DNA of 51,878 nt from an uncultured Candidatus Saccharibacteria bacterium (GCA_964427585.1 CAYRVC010000002.1:130864-182741); one strand, 5' to 3'; positions 8,877 to 19,087 are shown, counted from the first letter of the stretch. Notes: generated from the sequence alone by a model not told the origin. Numbers and translations: made by a program.

Positions 8877-10421
8877 ATGGTAGAATTTTTTAAAAAATAT
8901 TTTTTGTTTTTTACGGTATTTTTGACCGGAGCCGGCGTTTTGATTATTGAGGTTGTTGCCATGCGCGTTCTTGCCCCGTATTACGGAAACACCATATTCA
9001 CGGCATCAAGCGTCATAACCGTTATTCTTGCGGCTTTAAGCATCGGGTATTATGCGGGCGGCAGGCTGGCTGACCGCTACCGCTCGCTCCGTCTTTTTTT
9101 CACTATAATTCTTTTTAGCGGATTGTGCCTGCTTTTTTTCCATTTTGCCAGTTTCGCGATTATACCTGCTCAAAGCCTTGTTTTTTCCATTATTACGGGG
9201 CCTTTGGTTTCTTCTTTATTTTTATTTTTTTTGCCGGCATTGTTGCTTGGGACCATTTCGCCATACGCGATTAAATTGCAAACCGTTTATTTTCCAGAGC
9301 AGGGAGTGGGAACGGTTGCCGGAAAAATTTTCTTCTGGTCCACGCTGGGAAGCATTGTCGGCAGTTTGTCGGCCGGCTTTGTATTGATTCCCAATTTTGG
9401 CATAAACCAGATTATTGTTGCCACGGGGGCAGCTTTGGTTTTTCTTGGATTGGTTCCGCTTATAAATATTGGCTTGGATAAAAAAATTTTAGACAAATAT
9501 ATTATTGTTTTTTTTGTTATTATGACGGCAGCCGTGTTGTCGGGATATGAAACAAATAAGAAAATTATTTATAGCAAAGACGGCGTTTATGAAAAAATAA
9601 TTATTTACGAAGGAGAGCATTCGGGCAGGCCGGCAAGATTTTTTGCGCAGGACCACTCCCTTTCCGGCGCCTCGTTCCTTGATTCTCAAAATCCCTCAGA
9701 TATGGTTTTTGACTACACAAAATACTACAGGCTTTATAAAATTTTAAAGCCAGACGCAAAAGAAGTCCTTATTATAGGCGGAGGAGCTTATTCTATCCCC
9801 AAGGCGATATTGCACGAATTGCCCGATGCCTCGGTTGACGTTTCTGAAATAGAGCCGTCATTGTTTGATTTGGCAAAAAAGTATTTTGGAGCAAAAGACA
9901 ATCCGAGTCTGCGCAATGTTACGGAAGACGGACGGCGTTTTCTGCGCCTGTCTGAAAAAAAATACGACATGATATTCAGCGACGTGTATTTTTCGCTTTA
10001 TTCTGTTCCGCCACACTTTACAACACAGGAATTTTTTAAAATCGCAAAAGAAAAACTCAATAAAGACGGCATTTTAATCATGAATATAATCGGAGATTTG
10101 TCATTGGGGGGCGCTTCACTGATTATGTCGGAAGCAAAGACACTGCGGACTGTTTTCGAAAACAGTTATTTTTTTGCCGTTGACAGCCCCCAAAAAAAAG
10201 GGGCGCAAAATGTTATTTTTGTAGGCTATAACAGCGGCAAGAAAATTGATTTTAATGACTCGTTAATTATTAACCATCAAGATGATATTATCCGGCAACT
10301 TAAAGACAAAGCAATTGATATGGATAAGTTCGATTTGTCTTCAGAAATAGTGCTTTCAGACAATTATTCTCCGGTTGAATACCTTACTGCGAAAGTTTTG
10401 AAAAAAAATTTTGGTTATTGA
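8877..10421 (+). CDS. Fused MFS-like membrane domain / spermidine synthase-like SAM-dependent protein
   Basis: N-terminal TM block (IEVVAMRVLAPYYGNT, STLGSIVG) and C-terminal VLIIGGGAYSIP, EDGRRFL, YDMIFSDV, LSDNYSPVE. Confidence 0.88.
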   Translation: MVEFFKKYFLFFTVFLTGAGVLIIEVVAMRVLAPYYGNTIFTASSVITVILAALSIGYYAGGRLADRYRSLRLFFTIILFSGLCLLFFHFASFAIIPAQSLVFSIITGPLVSSLFLFFLPALLLGTISPYAIKLQTVYFPEQGVGTVAGKIFFWSTLGSIVGSLSAGFVLIPNFGINQIIVATGAALVFLGLVPLINIGLDKKILDKYIIVFFVIMTAAVLSGYETNKKIIYSKDGVYEKIIIYEGEHSGRPARFFAQDHSLSGASFLDSQNPSDMVFDYTKYYRLYKILKPDAKEVLIIGGGAYSIPKAILHELPDASVDVSEIEPSLFDLAKKYFGAKDNPSLRNVTEDGRRFLRLSEKKYDMIFSDVYFSLYSVPPHFTTQEFFKIAKEKLNKDGILIMNIIGDLSLGGASLIMSEAKTLRTVFENSYFFAVDSPQKKGAQNVIFVGYNSGKKIDFNDSLIINHQDDIIRQLKDKAIDMDKFDLSSEIVLSDNYSPVEYLTAKVLKKNFGY

Positions 10422-10471
10422 TAATTCTGCGTTATAATAAAAAAATAATTAGCATTAATGATTTTAATATT

Positions 10472-11434
10472 ATGGATAATCAACAAACAACAAAAAGAAA
10501 TCTGCCAAGGGACGTGTTTTTGCACCTTCTGGCCATAATCACGCTTTACTGGTCGGCAGTAAGTTTTGTGACTTTACTGTGGCAGTTTATTAATTATTTT
10601 TTTCCGGATGTTTTGGCGAGATATTACAGTTACACGGGTTTTACGGGCCCCATAAGGTTCGCGGTTTCCTCTTTGATAATTGTTTTTCCCGTTTTTATGC
10701 TGGTTTCCTGGTATTTGAATAAAATCTACAGGAGAGAAACCGCGGTCAGGGAATCGAAAATAAGGAAGTGGCTGATTTATCTGACTTTGTTTATTGCCTC
10801 TTTGATTATAATAGGAGACCTGATTGCTGTAATAAACATGTTTTTGGGAGGGGAAATAACCATAAGGTTTATACTAAAAGCCTTTTCCGTGCTTTTAGTG
10901 GCCGGATTCGTTTTTGGATATTATTTAGATGATGTTCGGCGCGAAACCGTTACAGGATTGGCAAAGCCTTTTGCTTTGGCCTCGGGCGGTTTGGTTTTGA
11001 TTGCCGTGGTGTCAGCTTTCTTTATAGTTGGTTCGCCGGCAACAGCCCGCCTAATGCAGATTGACCAGCAAAAAATTTCAGACTTGCAGAACATCCAGTC
11101 GCAGATTGTGAACTATTGGCAAAGGAAAGAACAGTTGCCTCCAAAGCTTTCCGACCTCCAGGATACAATATCCGGTTTCAGGGTCCCCGCAGACCCGGAG
11201 ACGGGGGCCTCTTATGAATACAATATAAAAGACCAGACAGCCTTAATATTTGAATTGTGCGCCACTTTTAACAGAGAAGGAAAAGATATCAACAGATATT
11301 ATGAGCCGGCTCCCTTTTCAGGGCCTGTAAAGGGAGGCCAGTATTCCAACTGGGACCACGAGGCAGGCCGTGTTTGCTTTGAAAGAAATATTGATAAAGA
11401 ACTATATCCCCCTATCAATAAAACAAAAGAATAA
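10472..11434 (+). CDS. DUF5671-like membrane protein
   Basis: PRDVFLHLL, IRFAVSSLIIVFPVF, IRKWLIYLTLF, FLGGEITIRF, then DQQKISDL...IVNYW and ELCATF. ATG at 10472 preferred. Confidence 0.7.
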   Translation: MDNQQTTKRNLPRDVFLHLLAIITLYWSAVSFVTLLWQFINYFFPDVLARYYSYTGFTGPIRFAVSSLIIVFPVFMLVSWYLNKIYRRETAVRESKIRKWLIYLTLFIASLIIIGDLIAVINMFLGGEITIRFILKAFSVLLVAGFVFGYYLDDVRRETVTGLAKPFALASGGLVLIAVVSAFFIVGSPATARLMQIDQQKISDLQNIQSQIVNYWQRKEQLPPKLSDLQDTISGFRVPADPETGASYEYNIKDQTALIFELCATFNREGKDINRYYEPAPFSGPVKGGQYSNWDHEAGRVCFERNIDKELYPPINKTKE

Positions 11435-11514
11435 GGTAATTTTGGGAATAGTATAGCTTGTGGATATCTTGTTAGGAAATAGTATAAAAAAGTGGGGGAA
11501 AATTGTGTTTTGCT

Positions 11515-12456
11515 ATGTTAAAAAATTGTGGAGTAGTTGAACCTGAAGACAAAAGATACCCTCTGAAATTGAAGGAAGCGCTAAAAAAATTGGCGCCCAG
11601 TTTGGGGCCGAAAAGATTGTATTATAAAGGAAACTGGCCCCTCGACGCGGCTCAGGGCGGGTCTGATATTTTCAAAGAGTGTTTGGCGGTTGTGGGGTCA
11701 AGGCATTTGACTTCTTATGGCAGAAGGGCGACAGAACAATTGGTAACAGAGGCGGCGGCCACAGGCATTACAATAGTTTCCGGATTTATGTACGGCGGCG
11801 ATGAAGCTGCCCATTCTGCTGCTGTCAAATGCGGAGGCAGAACAATTGCCGTTATGCCCTGCGGAATAAACATAATACACCCTGAAAGCCAAAAAAAGCT
11901 TTACGAGGAAATTTTGGAAAATAACGGCCTTATAATTTCTGAATATGAAAATGATTTTTTGCCTCAAAACTGGTCTTATCTGCAAAGAAACCGCCTGGTG
12001 GCCGGCTTAGCTAAGGCGGTTTTAGTTACCGAAGCTGCTTTAGACAGCGGAAGTCTGATTACGGCAGGATATGCCAAAAAATTCGGCAGAAAAATTTTTG
12101 CATTGCCGGGCCAAATTTTCAGCGAAGTTTCTAAGGGAACAATAAAATTGATAAAAGAAGGGGCCGAGCCGGTAACGGAGGCAAACGATATTTTAAGTTT
12201 TTTCAAGGTTTTAGTCAATCCGGTTAGAGCGGAAGGAAAAGGGTCTCCGACACCCCACAATTGGGGGGTGTCGGAGACCCCCCTAATTGCTTCTTTAGAG
12301 CGGAAAATTCTTGACCAGCTAAAACGCGAACCAATGGAAGCCGACGACATGGCAAGATTATTTAGTGTACCAGTCGCCCAACTCGGCACCACATTGTCTT
12401 TAATGCAATTAAAAGGTCAAATTTCAAATGACTCTGGAAAATATTATATAAATTAA
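11515..12456 (+). CDS. dprA: DNA-processing protein DprA
   Basis: LAVVGSR, TIVSGFMYGGD, SEYEND, QRNRLVAGL, EAALDSGSLITA, C-terminal winged helix; linked to comM and yraN. Confidence 0.92.
   Translation: MLKNCGVVEPEDKRYPLKLKEALKKLAPSLGPKRLYYKGNWPLDAAQGGSDIFKECLAVVGSRHLTSYGRRATEQLVTEAAATGITIVSGFMYGGDEAAHSAAVKCGGRTIAVMPCGINIIHPESQKKLYEEILENNGLIISEYENDFLPQNWSYLQRNRLVAGLAKAVLVTEAALDSGSLITAGYAKKFGRKIFALPGQIFSEVSKGTIKLIKEGAEPVTEANDILSFFKVLVNPVRAEGKGSPTPHNWGVSETPLIASLERKILDQLKREPMEADDMARLFSVPVAQLGTTLSLMQLKGQISNDSGKYYIN
11638..11658 (+). repeat. Small palindromic repeat (CCnTCG..GCTCAGGGC family) in dprA
   Basis: cccctcgacgcggctcagggc resembles cccttcggcaagctcagggc in nusA (16824-16843). Confidence 0.6.
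12241..12280. repeat. Perfect 16-bp inverted repeat inside dprA
   Basis: gggtctccgacacccc-N8-ggggtgtcggagaccc, in frame (GSPTPHNWGVSETP). Confidence 0.9.
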
Positions 12457-12461
12457 TTTTT

Positions 12462-12953
12462 ATGGATAAGCAAATAATAATTAAATTGCATAAAAATTTT
12501 GAAGATTGCGCGCGCGATAAAAATAGTGTGGAATTTTGGTATGCAAGGGAGTTGCAGAATCTGTTGGGTTACGATCGTTGGGAAAATTTTGAGAATGCGA
12601 TAAAGAAAGCAAAAATCGCCTGCGAGAATGCTAAGCAAAATATTTTAGATCATTTTCGTGACACCACGAAAACGATATCAATGCCCAAAGGAGCAAGTAG
12701 GGAAATATCAGACATTATGCTTACTCGCTATGCTTGCTATTTGATTGCACAAAATGGCGACCCAAGAAAAGATGAAATTGCTTTTGCCATGACCTATTTT
12801 GCTGTGCAGACTAGAAAACAAGAAGTTATAGAAAAAAGATTGGCTGAAATTGAACGGATAAAAGCAAGAGAAAAACTTTCTGTTTCAGAAAAAGTTTTGT
12901 CTGGAGTTTTGTTTGAAAGAGGGGTTGCATGTGTTACCTTAAACAAAAGCTAA
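12462..12953 (+). pseudogene. dinD: Truncated DinD-like (DNA damage-inducible protein D) gene
   Basis: FWYARELQ.LLGY..WENF, DIMLTRYACYLIAQNGDPRK.EIAFA..YFAVQTRKQE. Similarity stops at LSGVLFERGV, about half the usual length. Confidence 0.7.
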
Positions 12954-12964
12954 AAATAAACTTT

Positions 12965-13351
12965 ATGCAAAATCCAGAAACGGGTCCGCGAGAGCCCGAG
13001 CAAGAAGTCACGCAAAATGATCCATTAGAAGTCTTAAGGGAAGGCAGAGAGGATGTAAAAAAATCTCCTCGCATGAAAGAATTGCGTGAAAGGTTAAGAT
13101 CTCTTAGCAAAGATCATATATGGCTTGATAGGCAATATAATTTTAATGAAGGAGGGGTGCGTAGAGGGACTATCAAAAGTTTATCTAAAGAAGCTCAGGA
13201 AGAAATAAAACAGAAAGTAGGAGATTTATCGGAGCAATTGGATAAAAATGAGGCAGAACAGGCTGAAATTCGTAAAGAAATAGAAAAAATAGAAGATGAA
13301 ATTAAAGGGAGAATTAGTTTGTCTATTAAGGCCAAAATAAACAAAAACTAA
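12965..13351 (+). CDS. Hypothetical charged/coiled-coil protein
   Basis: Open frame with ATG at 12965; no recognised family. Confidence 0.55.
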   Translation: MQNPETGPREPEQEVTQNDPLEVLREGREDVKKSPRMKELRERLRSLSKDHIWLDRQYNFNEGGVRRGTIKSLSKEAQEEIKQKVGDLSEQLDKNEAEQAEIRKEIEKIEDEIKGRISLSIKAKINKN

Positions 13352-13360
13352 GAAAAAAAT

Positions 13361-14896
13361 ATGCTGATTAAGGTTCCTTCGGTGGCGAATTTGGGGTTGG
13401 AGACAATAAAAGTTGACATTGAAATAAATTTGGCGAACAAAGGTTTGCCAAGCTTTGAAATTGTCGGATTGCCGGACAAAGCGGTTGACGAGAGCAAAGA
13501 AAGGGTGAGAACAGCCATTGTCAGCTCTGGCATTGATTTTCCCCTAAAGAAAATAACAATAAATATGGCTCCAGCCGACGTGCCCAAGGAGGGCTCTATA
13601 TACGACCTGCCAATCGCCTTGGGAATTTTAAGCTCGGTGCTGGAATTTAAAATTCCAGACAAATCTTTGTTTTTTGGAGAATTGTCGTTTGACGGCTCCT
13701 TAAGGCACACCAAAGGAGCTTTTTTAATGGCCCTTTTTGCCAAAGAATTTGGATTTAAAAATTTGTTCGTCCCAAAAGATTCGGCCAACGAAGCGGCATC
13801 CATAAAGGGCATAAAGGTTTTTCCAGTCGAAAATCTGACTCAAATTTGCCGGCACCTTGCAGGCCAAACGGAAATTTTTCCAATTGACTGCAAACAAAAT
13901 TCAGAAAAAATTTTACTGCCAGCGGAGTTTGATATGAAAGAAGTTCTGGGCCAAGAGCAGGCAAAAAGAGCCATGGAAATTGCCGCGGCCGGCGGACACA
14001 ACATAATTATGATAGGTTCTCCGGGCTCCGGCAAAACAATGTTGGCTCGCGCTTTGCCTGGAATTTTACCGCCATTGAATGAGATGGAATCTTTAGAGGT
14101 TACAAAAATTTATTCAGCCGCCGGCAGTATTCCACCCGGCGGTTCTTTAATCACCGTGCGGCAATTTCGAGCGCCTCACCACACGGCTTCCTTGGTTGGT
14201 TTAGTGGGCGGAGGCTCAAAACCTCATCCTGGCGAAATAAGTTTGGCTCACCGGGGAGTTTTGTTTTTAGACGAATTCAATGAATTTCCAAGGTCCATAA
14301 TGGAAGCGATGCGCCAACCTTTAGAAGACGGCTATCTGGCAATTTCAAGAGCAAAACAGCGGGTAGTTTATCCGGCTGATTTTATGCTGGTGGCTTCGGC
14401 AAACCCATGCCCCTGCGGCTATGCTTTGCATCCTAAAAAAACCTGTAGCTGCAGTCAAAATCAAATTCAAAAATACCAAAAAAGAATTTCAGGCCCAATT
14501 TTAGACAGGATTGATTTGCATATTCAAGTTATGCCGGTAGATACTTTTGAATTCCAAGACAACCAGAAAAATTCGGAATTTTTAGAGCCGTCAGAAAAAA
14601 TCCGCGTTCGCGCAATGCAGGCCCGCCAAAAACAGGAAGCCCGTTTTGCTTCAGAATCGATTTGCTCAAACAGCCAAATGAAAAATGAGCATATTAAAAA
14701 ATACTGCAAGCTTTCAAAAGAAGTGGAGCAAATTTTAAGGCAGGCGAGTTTGAAATTCCAGCTTTCGGCCCGCTCTTACATGAAAATGATAAAAGTGTCC
14801 CGCACTATTGCAGATTTAGACGGTTCGGAAGAGATTTCAATCAACCACATGGCAGAAGCCCTGCAATACAAACCAAAAAATTATGGCATGGCATAA
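13361..14896 (+). CDS. comM: YifB/ComM family Mg-chelatase-like AAA+ ATPase
   Basis: GLPDKAVDESKERV, DLPIALG, GSPGSGKT, FRAPHH, PGEISLAHRGVLFLDEF, NPCPCG, LSAR motifs. Confidence 0.93.
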   Translation: MLIKVPSVANLGLETIKVDIEINLANKGLPSFEIVGLPDKAVDESKERVRTAIVSSGIDFPLKKITINMAPADVPKEGSIYDLPIALGILSSVLEFKIPDKSLFFGELSFDGSLRHTKGAFLMALFAKEFGFKNLFVPKDSANEAASIKGIKVFPVENLTQICRHLAGQTEIFPIDCKQNSEKILLPAEFDMKEVLGQEQAKRAMEIAAAGGHNIIMIGSPGSGKTMLARALPGILPPLNEMESLEVTKIYSAAGSIPPGGSLITVRQFRAPHHTASLVGLVGGGSKPHPGEISLAHRGVLFLDEFNEFPRSIMEAMRQPLEDGYLAISRAKQRVVYPADFMLVASANPCPCGYALHPKKTCSCSQNQIQKYQKRISGPILDRIDLHIQVMPVDTFEFQDNQKNSEFLEPSEKIRVRAMQARQKQEARFASESICSNSQMKNEHIKKYCKLSKEVEQILRQASLKFQLSARSYMKMIKVSRTIADLDGSEEISINHMAEALQYKPKNYGMA

Positions 14897-15260
14897 TGAT
14901 GTTGGGAAAATTGGGGAGGATTTGGCAAAAGAATATTTGAAAAAGCAGGGGTATAAAATTTTAGAGCAGAATTATAAGACGAAATACGCTGAAATTGATT
15001 TGGTTCTGGAACGGCGGGCGGGTTTTTTAAAAAAGGAATTAGTTTTTGTCGAAGTGCGAACAAAGGTTGGAGAACAATTTGGCAGCCCGGAAGACACCCT
15101 GAATAAAGCTAAGCTTTGGAAGGTCCTGCAAAATTCTTTTTCGTATTCGGCATTTAAAAAATGGCAGGGCCCCGCCAGAATAGACGCAGTGTGCATTGTT
15201 TTGAATCCCGATTTTACGGTTTCGCGCCTCACCCACCATGAAAACATAATCAATAATTGA
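14883..15260 (+). CDS. yraN: YraN family (UPF0102) endonuclease-like protein
   Basis: GKIGEDLAKEYLKKQGYKILEQNY, EIDLV, LVFVEVRTK. Confidence 0.92.
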   Translation: MAWHNDVGKIGEDLAKEYLKKQGYKILEQNYKTKYAEIDLVLERRAGFLKKELVFVEVRTKVGEQFGSPEDTLNKAKLWKVLQNSFSYSAFKKWQGPARIDAVCIVLNPDFTVSRLTHHENIINN

Positions 15261-15278
15261 CGACTTGTGCAGTTGCCT

Positions 15279-15309
15279 AAATTTTGTGAGCCCCGAGCTC
15301 ACAAAATTT
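15279..15309. terminator. 13-bp perfect inverted repeat after yraN (probable terminator or repeat element)
   Basis: aaattttgtgagc-cccga-gctcacaaaattt. Confidence 0.6.
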
Positions 15310-15322
15310 TGCTATCGTTCGC

Positions 15323-15350
15323 TTGACACTAGTTTTTTTTTGAGTAATAT
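15323..15350 (+). promoter_or_regulatory. Putative sigma70 promoter for nusA
   Basis: TTGACA-16 bp-TAATAT. Confidence 0.55.
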
Positions 15351-15377
15351 GAAATAAAAGATAGAAATTGAGAATTT

Positions 15378-15404
15378 GTCCGTCTGACCACGGACTTTTT
15401 CTTT
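15378..15404 (+). terminator. Hairpin plus U-tract in the nusA leader (possible attenuator)
   Basis: gtccgt-ctgacc-acggac followed by tttttcttt. Confidence 0.5.
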
Positions 15405-15545
15405 AAATTATTCTAATTATTCTAATTTCTCTAATTATTCTAATCAATCTTTAATTTCTAAATTACTAATTTCTAAACTCGTTTTAGGCATTAAACATTT
15501 TATTATTGGGATTTGATTAGGTTAATTAGAATAATTAGGTTAATT
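15405..15545. repeat. AT-rich low-complexity palindromic tract
   Basis: Repeated ttctaatt units on the left and complementary aattag units on the right (aattattctaatt ... aattagaataatt). Confidence 0.7.
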
Positions 15546-15558
15546 AGACATTACGAAC

Positions 15559-16917
15559 GTGGACATAAAACTATTTCAAAGAGCGCTGGCGCAGATCGCT
15601 GAAGAAAGGGGTATTCCTCAGGAAAAAATAATAGAAACCCTGGAAGCGGCCATTGCTACAGCCTACAAAAAGGATTACGGCAAAAAGGGCCAGAAAATAA
15701 AGGCAAAATTCAACCCTGTTTCAGGGGATGTTAAGTTTTGGCTGGTAAAGCTGGTTGTTGACGAATCAATGCTTTATACGGAAGAAGAAATAGAAAAACT
15801 TAAAGAAAACAAGCTGATACCCCCAGACGAGCCGGTAAAAAGCGCCGCGGAAGAAGGGTCGGCAGAAGGAGAGGAGCAAAAAAAGTTTATCTTCAATCAA
15901 GAAAAACACATAATGCTAGAAGAAGCCAGAAAGGAAAATCCTAAGATAAAAACAGGGGAGGAATTGGAGATTCCTTTGGTTTCAAAACAGGATTACGGAA
16001 GGATAGCCGCCCAGACGGCAAAACAGGTTATTCTGCAGAAAATAAGGGAGGTGGAAAAAGAAACCATTGCCTCAGAATATAAATCAAAGGAGGGGGAAAT
16101 AATTTCCGGAATCGTGCAAAGGATAGAGGGTCAGACTGTTTTTATCGACATAGGCAAAACTCTCGGCGTTTTGACGAGGGAAGAACAAATTCCCGGCGAG
16201 TTTTATCGTTCGGGCCAGCGTCTAAAGCTCTATATCTTAAAAGTGGAGGATACGCCAAAAGGGTCTGTTGTCATATTATCCCGTGTTTATCCCAAACTGA
16301 TATCAAGGCTTTTTGAGCTGGAGGTGCCGGAAATAGCCTCTGGAGCCGTTGTGATAAAAGCCATTGCCAGGGAACCGGGTTTCAGAACAAAGGTGGCTGT
16401 TGAGTCAGAGGAACAGGGCATTGATCCTATCGGCTCAATGGTCGGCCAGAGAGGGACAAGAATAATGGCGGTGATAAACGAACTGGGCGGGGAAAAAATT
16501 GACATTGTTGAATGGCGGAAAGAGCCTGAAAAATTTATTGCCAACGCATTGGCTCCGGCCAAAATCACCAATGTTAAAATTGCGGAAAAAAATACGGCGG
16601 TGGTTTACGTCAAAGAAGACCAGCTTTCTTTGGCCATTGGCAAAGACGGCAGGAATGTAAGATTGGCTGCCAACTTAACGGGTTGGAAAATAGATATTAA
16701 GATGGCCGAAGAAAGCGAAGAAGAAAATAAAAAAGAAGATAAAAAGCCAGGAAATAAGGAAGTGGAAAAAGAAGATAAGTCCTCCCCCACCGAGGCTTCG
16801 GCGGGCGAAGGGGAAAAACCGAACCCTTCGGCAAGCTCAGGGCGAGGAAAGAAATCTAAAAAATCGAAAAAAGATTCTGATGATGAAAAATCAGAAGAAC
16901 CAGCGGAGGAAAAATAA
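15559..16917 (+). CDS. nusA: Transcription termination/antitermination factor NusA with low-complexity C-terminal tail
   Basis: GRIAAQTAKQVILQKIRE, S1 domain, AREPGFRTKVAV, GEKIDIV, QLSLAIGKDGRNVRLAANLTGWKIDI. GTG start. Confidence 0.97.
   Translation: MDIKLFQRALAQIAEERGIPQEKIIETLEAAIATAYKKDYGKKGQKIKAKFNPVSGDVKFWLVKLVVDESMLYTEEEIEKLKENKLIPPDEPVKSAAEEGSAEGEEQKKFIFNQEKHIMLEEARKENPKIKTGEELEIPLVSKQDYGRIAAQTAKQVILQKIREVEKETIASEYKSKEGEIISGIVQRIEGQTVFIDIGKTLGVLTREEQIPGEFYRSGQRLKLYILKVEDTPKGSVVILSRVYPKLISRLFELEVPEIASGAVVIKAIAREPGFRTKVAVESEEQGIDPIGSMVGQRGTRIMAVINELGGEKIDIVEWRKEPEKFIANALAPAKITNVKIAEKNTAVVYVKEDQLSLAIGKDGRNVRLAANLTGWKIDIKMAEESEEENKKEDKKPGNKEVEKEDKSSPTEASAGEGEKPNPSASSGRGKKSKKSKKDSDDEKSEEPAEEK
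16781..16843 (+). repeat. Two small GC-rich palindromic repeats in the nusA tail
   Basis: cctcccccaccgaggcttcggcgggcgaagg (16781-16811) and cccttcggcaagctcagggc (16824-16843). Confidence 0.6.
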
Positions 16918-17050
16918 ATAAAATTAAAAATTAATATAAACTAATTTTAAGTTTTCAATTTTAAATTTTAATTGAATAGCCTAATTTTAAATTTTAAAAT
17001 TTATTTATTTAGACTTCATTTAAAATTTAGAATTTTAAATTTTAAATTCG
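16918..17050. repeat. AT-rich AAATT/AATTT repeat tract between nusA and hppA
   Basis: About 130 bp made almost entirely of aaatt/ttttaa units. Confidence 0.7.
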
Positions 17051-17051
17051 T

Positions 17052-19049
17052 ATGAGCCTCATTTATTTTCCGATTATTGTTTCGCTTTTTGCGATAATTT
17101 ATGTTTTTTTCCTTATAGCAAAAATCAGAAAGTCCCCTGTTGCCGGGGGCAAGGCGATAGCCATTACGCAGGCCGTGCAGGAAGGAGCTGTTTCATATTT
17201 GAAAAGGCAGTATAAAACAGTCGGCTCCGTGGCTGTTGTTTTATTTTTTGTGCTTTTTGTGGCGACGGGTCAGAAAACGGCTTTTGGATTTTTAATCGGC
17301 GCCGTGCTTTCCGGATTTTCCGGATTTGTGGGCATGCTTATTTCCACCCAGGCAAACACAAGGGTGGCCAAGGCCGCTGAAAAAGGATTGAAGCAAGCGC
17401 TTGATCTGTCTTTCAAAGGAGGATTGGTAACAGGGCTTTTGGTGGCGAGTTTGGGATTACTGGCTGTTTCAGGGTATTACTTTTTAACAAAGGATACCCA
17501 GGGCTTGATTGCCTTGGGATTCGGAGCCAGCCTTATTTCTGTTTTTGCCAGAGTTGGGGGAGGCATTTATACAAAAGCGGCTGATGTGGGAGCCGACTTG
17601 GTTGGCAAGGTTGAAAAAGGAATTCCCGAAGACGATCCGAGGAATCCGGCGGTAATAGCCGACCAGGTTGGAGACAATGTGGGAGACTGCGCCGGCATGG
17701 CGGCTGATATTTTTGAAACCTATTCGGTAACCATAATTGCCACGATGCTTTTAGGGACTTTGCTTTTTCCCGCCAGTCCGCAATTTGTCGTGCTGCCCAT
17801 GATTTTGGGGAGCATATCAATTCTGACTTCGGTTGTCGGAAGTTTTTTTGTGAAGCTTGGGGAAAAAAAGAATATAATGGGAGCTATGTACAAAGGCGTT
17901 GCCGCCTGCATTGTTTTATCCGCCATAAGCTTTTATCCTGTTATTTCAAGGATGATGGCAGACCAGGAAATAAGCGCCATTAATCTTTATTTTTCTTCAT
18001 TGGTCGGTTTGCTGATTGCCGCCGGAATGTTTATTATCACAGAATACTACACCTCCAAAAGTTATAAGCCGGTAAAATCAATTGCCAAGGCTTCTGAAAC
18101 TGGTCATGCTACTAACATAATTACCGGGCTGGCTTTGGGAATGAGGTCAACCGCCCTGCCGGTTTTATTGATTGCCGCAGGCACGGTTGTCAGTTTTTGG
18201 CTGGCTGGAATTTACGGGGTGGCTTTGGCCGTAATGGCAATGCTGTCAATTTCAGGCATCGTGGTTGCCGTTGACGCCTACGGCCCGATTACAGACAATG
18301 CCGGAGGAATTGCCGAAATGGCAGGGATGAGCGATAGCGTTAGGGAAATAACAGACGCATTGGATGCCGTTGGCAACACGACAAAATCAGTGACAAAGGG
18401 CTACGCAATCGCGTCTGCCGGTTTGGCGGCATTGGTTTTGTTTTCAGCATATTCGCAGGAAGTGATTAATCTGTCGGGAGTAAATAATATAATAAATTTT
18501 TCATTGGACAACCCCAAGGTGGCCGCAGGCCTTTTAATAGGCGGACTGCTTCCTTATTTGTTTGCTTCTTTTGCGATGTCGGCAGTGGGCAAAACAGCCG
18601 GAAAGGTTGTCGAAGAAGTAAGAAGGCAGTTTAAGCAGATTCCCGGGCTGATGGACGGCACGGGAAAACCCGAATACGGAAAATGCGTTGATATTGTGAC
18701 AAAAGCCGCCATAAGAGAAATGCTGTTGCCTGCTTTAATTCCGGTGTTAGCCCCGATTTTAGTCGGATTTATTTTAGGCCCCGAAGCTCTCGGGGGCATG
18801 TTGATAGGCAGCATCGTAACGGGAATTTTCGTCGGCATTTCAATGACAACCGGAGGAGCGGCATGGGACAATGCCAAAAAATACATTGAAGCCGGAGCTC
18901 ACGGCGGCAAAGGCAGTTTCGCCCATCAGGCGGCCGTCACCGGAGACACAGTCGGAGATCCCTACAAAGACACTGCCGGCCCCGCCATAAACCCGATGAT
19001 TAAAGTACTCAACATCGTCGCCCTTATGATTGTAAGTTTTTTGATATAA
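17052..19049 (+). CDS. hppA: Membrane-bound proton-translocating pyrophosphatase (K+-independent type)
   Basis: [81 protein letters not shown]. Confidence 0.97.
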   Translation: MSLIYFPIIVSLFAIIYVFFLIAKIRKSPVAGGKAIAITQAVQEGAVSYLKRQYKTVGSVAVVLFFVLFVATGQKTAFGFLIGAVLSGFSGFVGMLISTQANTRVAKAAEKGLKQALDLSFKGGLVTGLLVASLGLLAVSGYYFLTKDTQGLIALGFGASLISVFARVGGGIYTKAADVGADLVGKVEKGIPEDDPRNPAVIADQVGDNVGDCAGMAADIFETYSVTIIATMLLGTLLFPASPQFVVLPMILGSISILTSVVGSFFVKLGEKKNIMGAMYKGVAACIVLSAISFYPVISRMMADQEISAINLYFSSLVGLLIAAGMFIITEYYTSKSYKPVKSIAKASETGHATNIITGLALGMRSTALPVLLIAAGTVVSFWLAGIYGVALAVMAMLSISGIVVAVDAYGPITDNAGGIAEMAGMSDSVREITDALDAVGNTTKSVTKGYAIASAGLAALVLFSAYSQEVINLSGVNNIINFSLDNPKVAAGLLIGGLLPYLFASFAMSAVGKTAGKVVEEVRRQFKQIPGLMDGTGKPEYGKCVDIVTKAAIREMLLPALIPVLAPILVGFILGPEALGGMLIGSIVTGIFVGISMTTGGAAWDNAKKYIEAGAHGGKGSFAHQAAVTGDTVGDPYKDTAGPAINPMIKVLNIVALMIVSFLI

Positions 19050-19087
19050 TTTGAAATAATTAAATTTAAAATTTGAAAATCTTTGCC

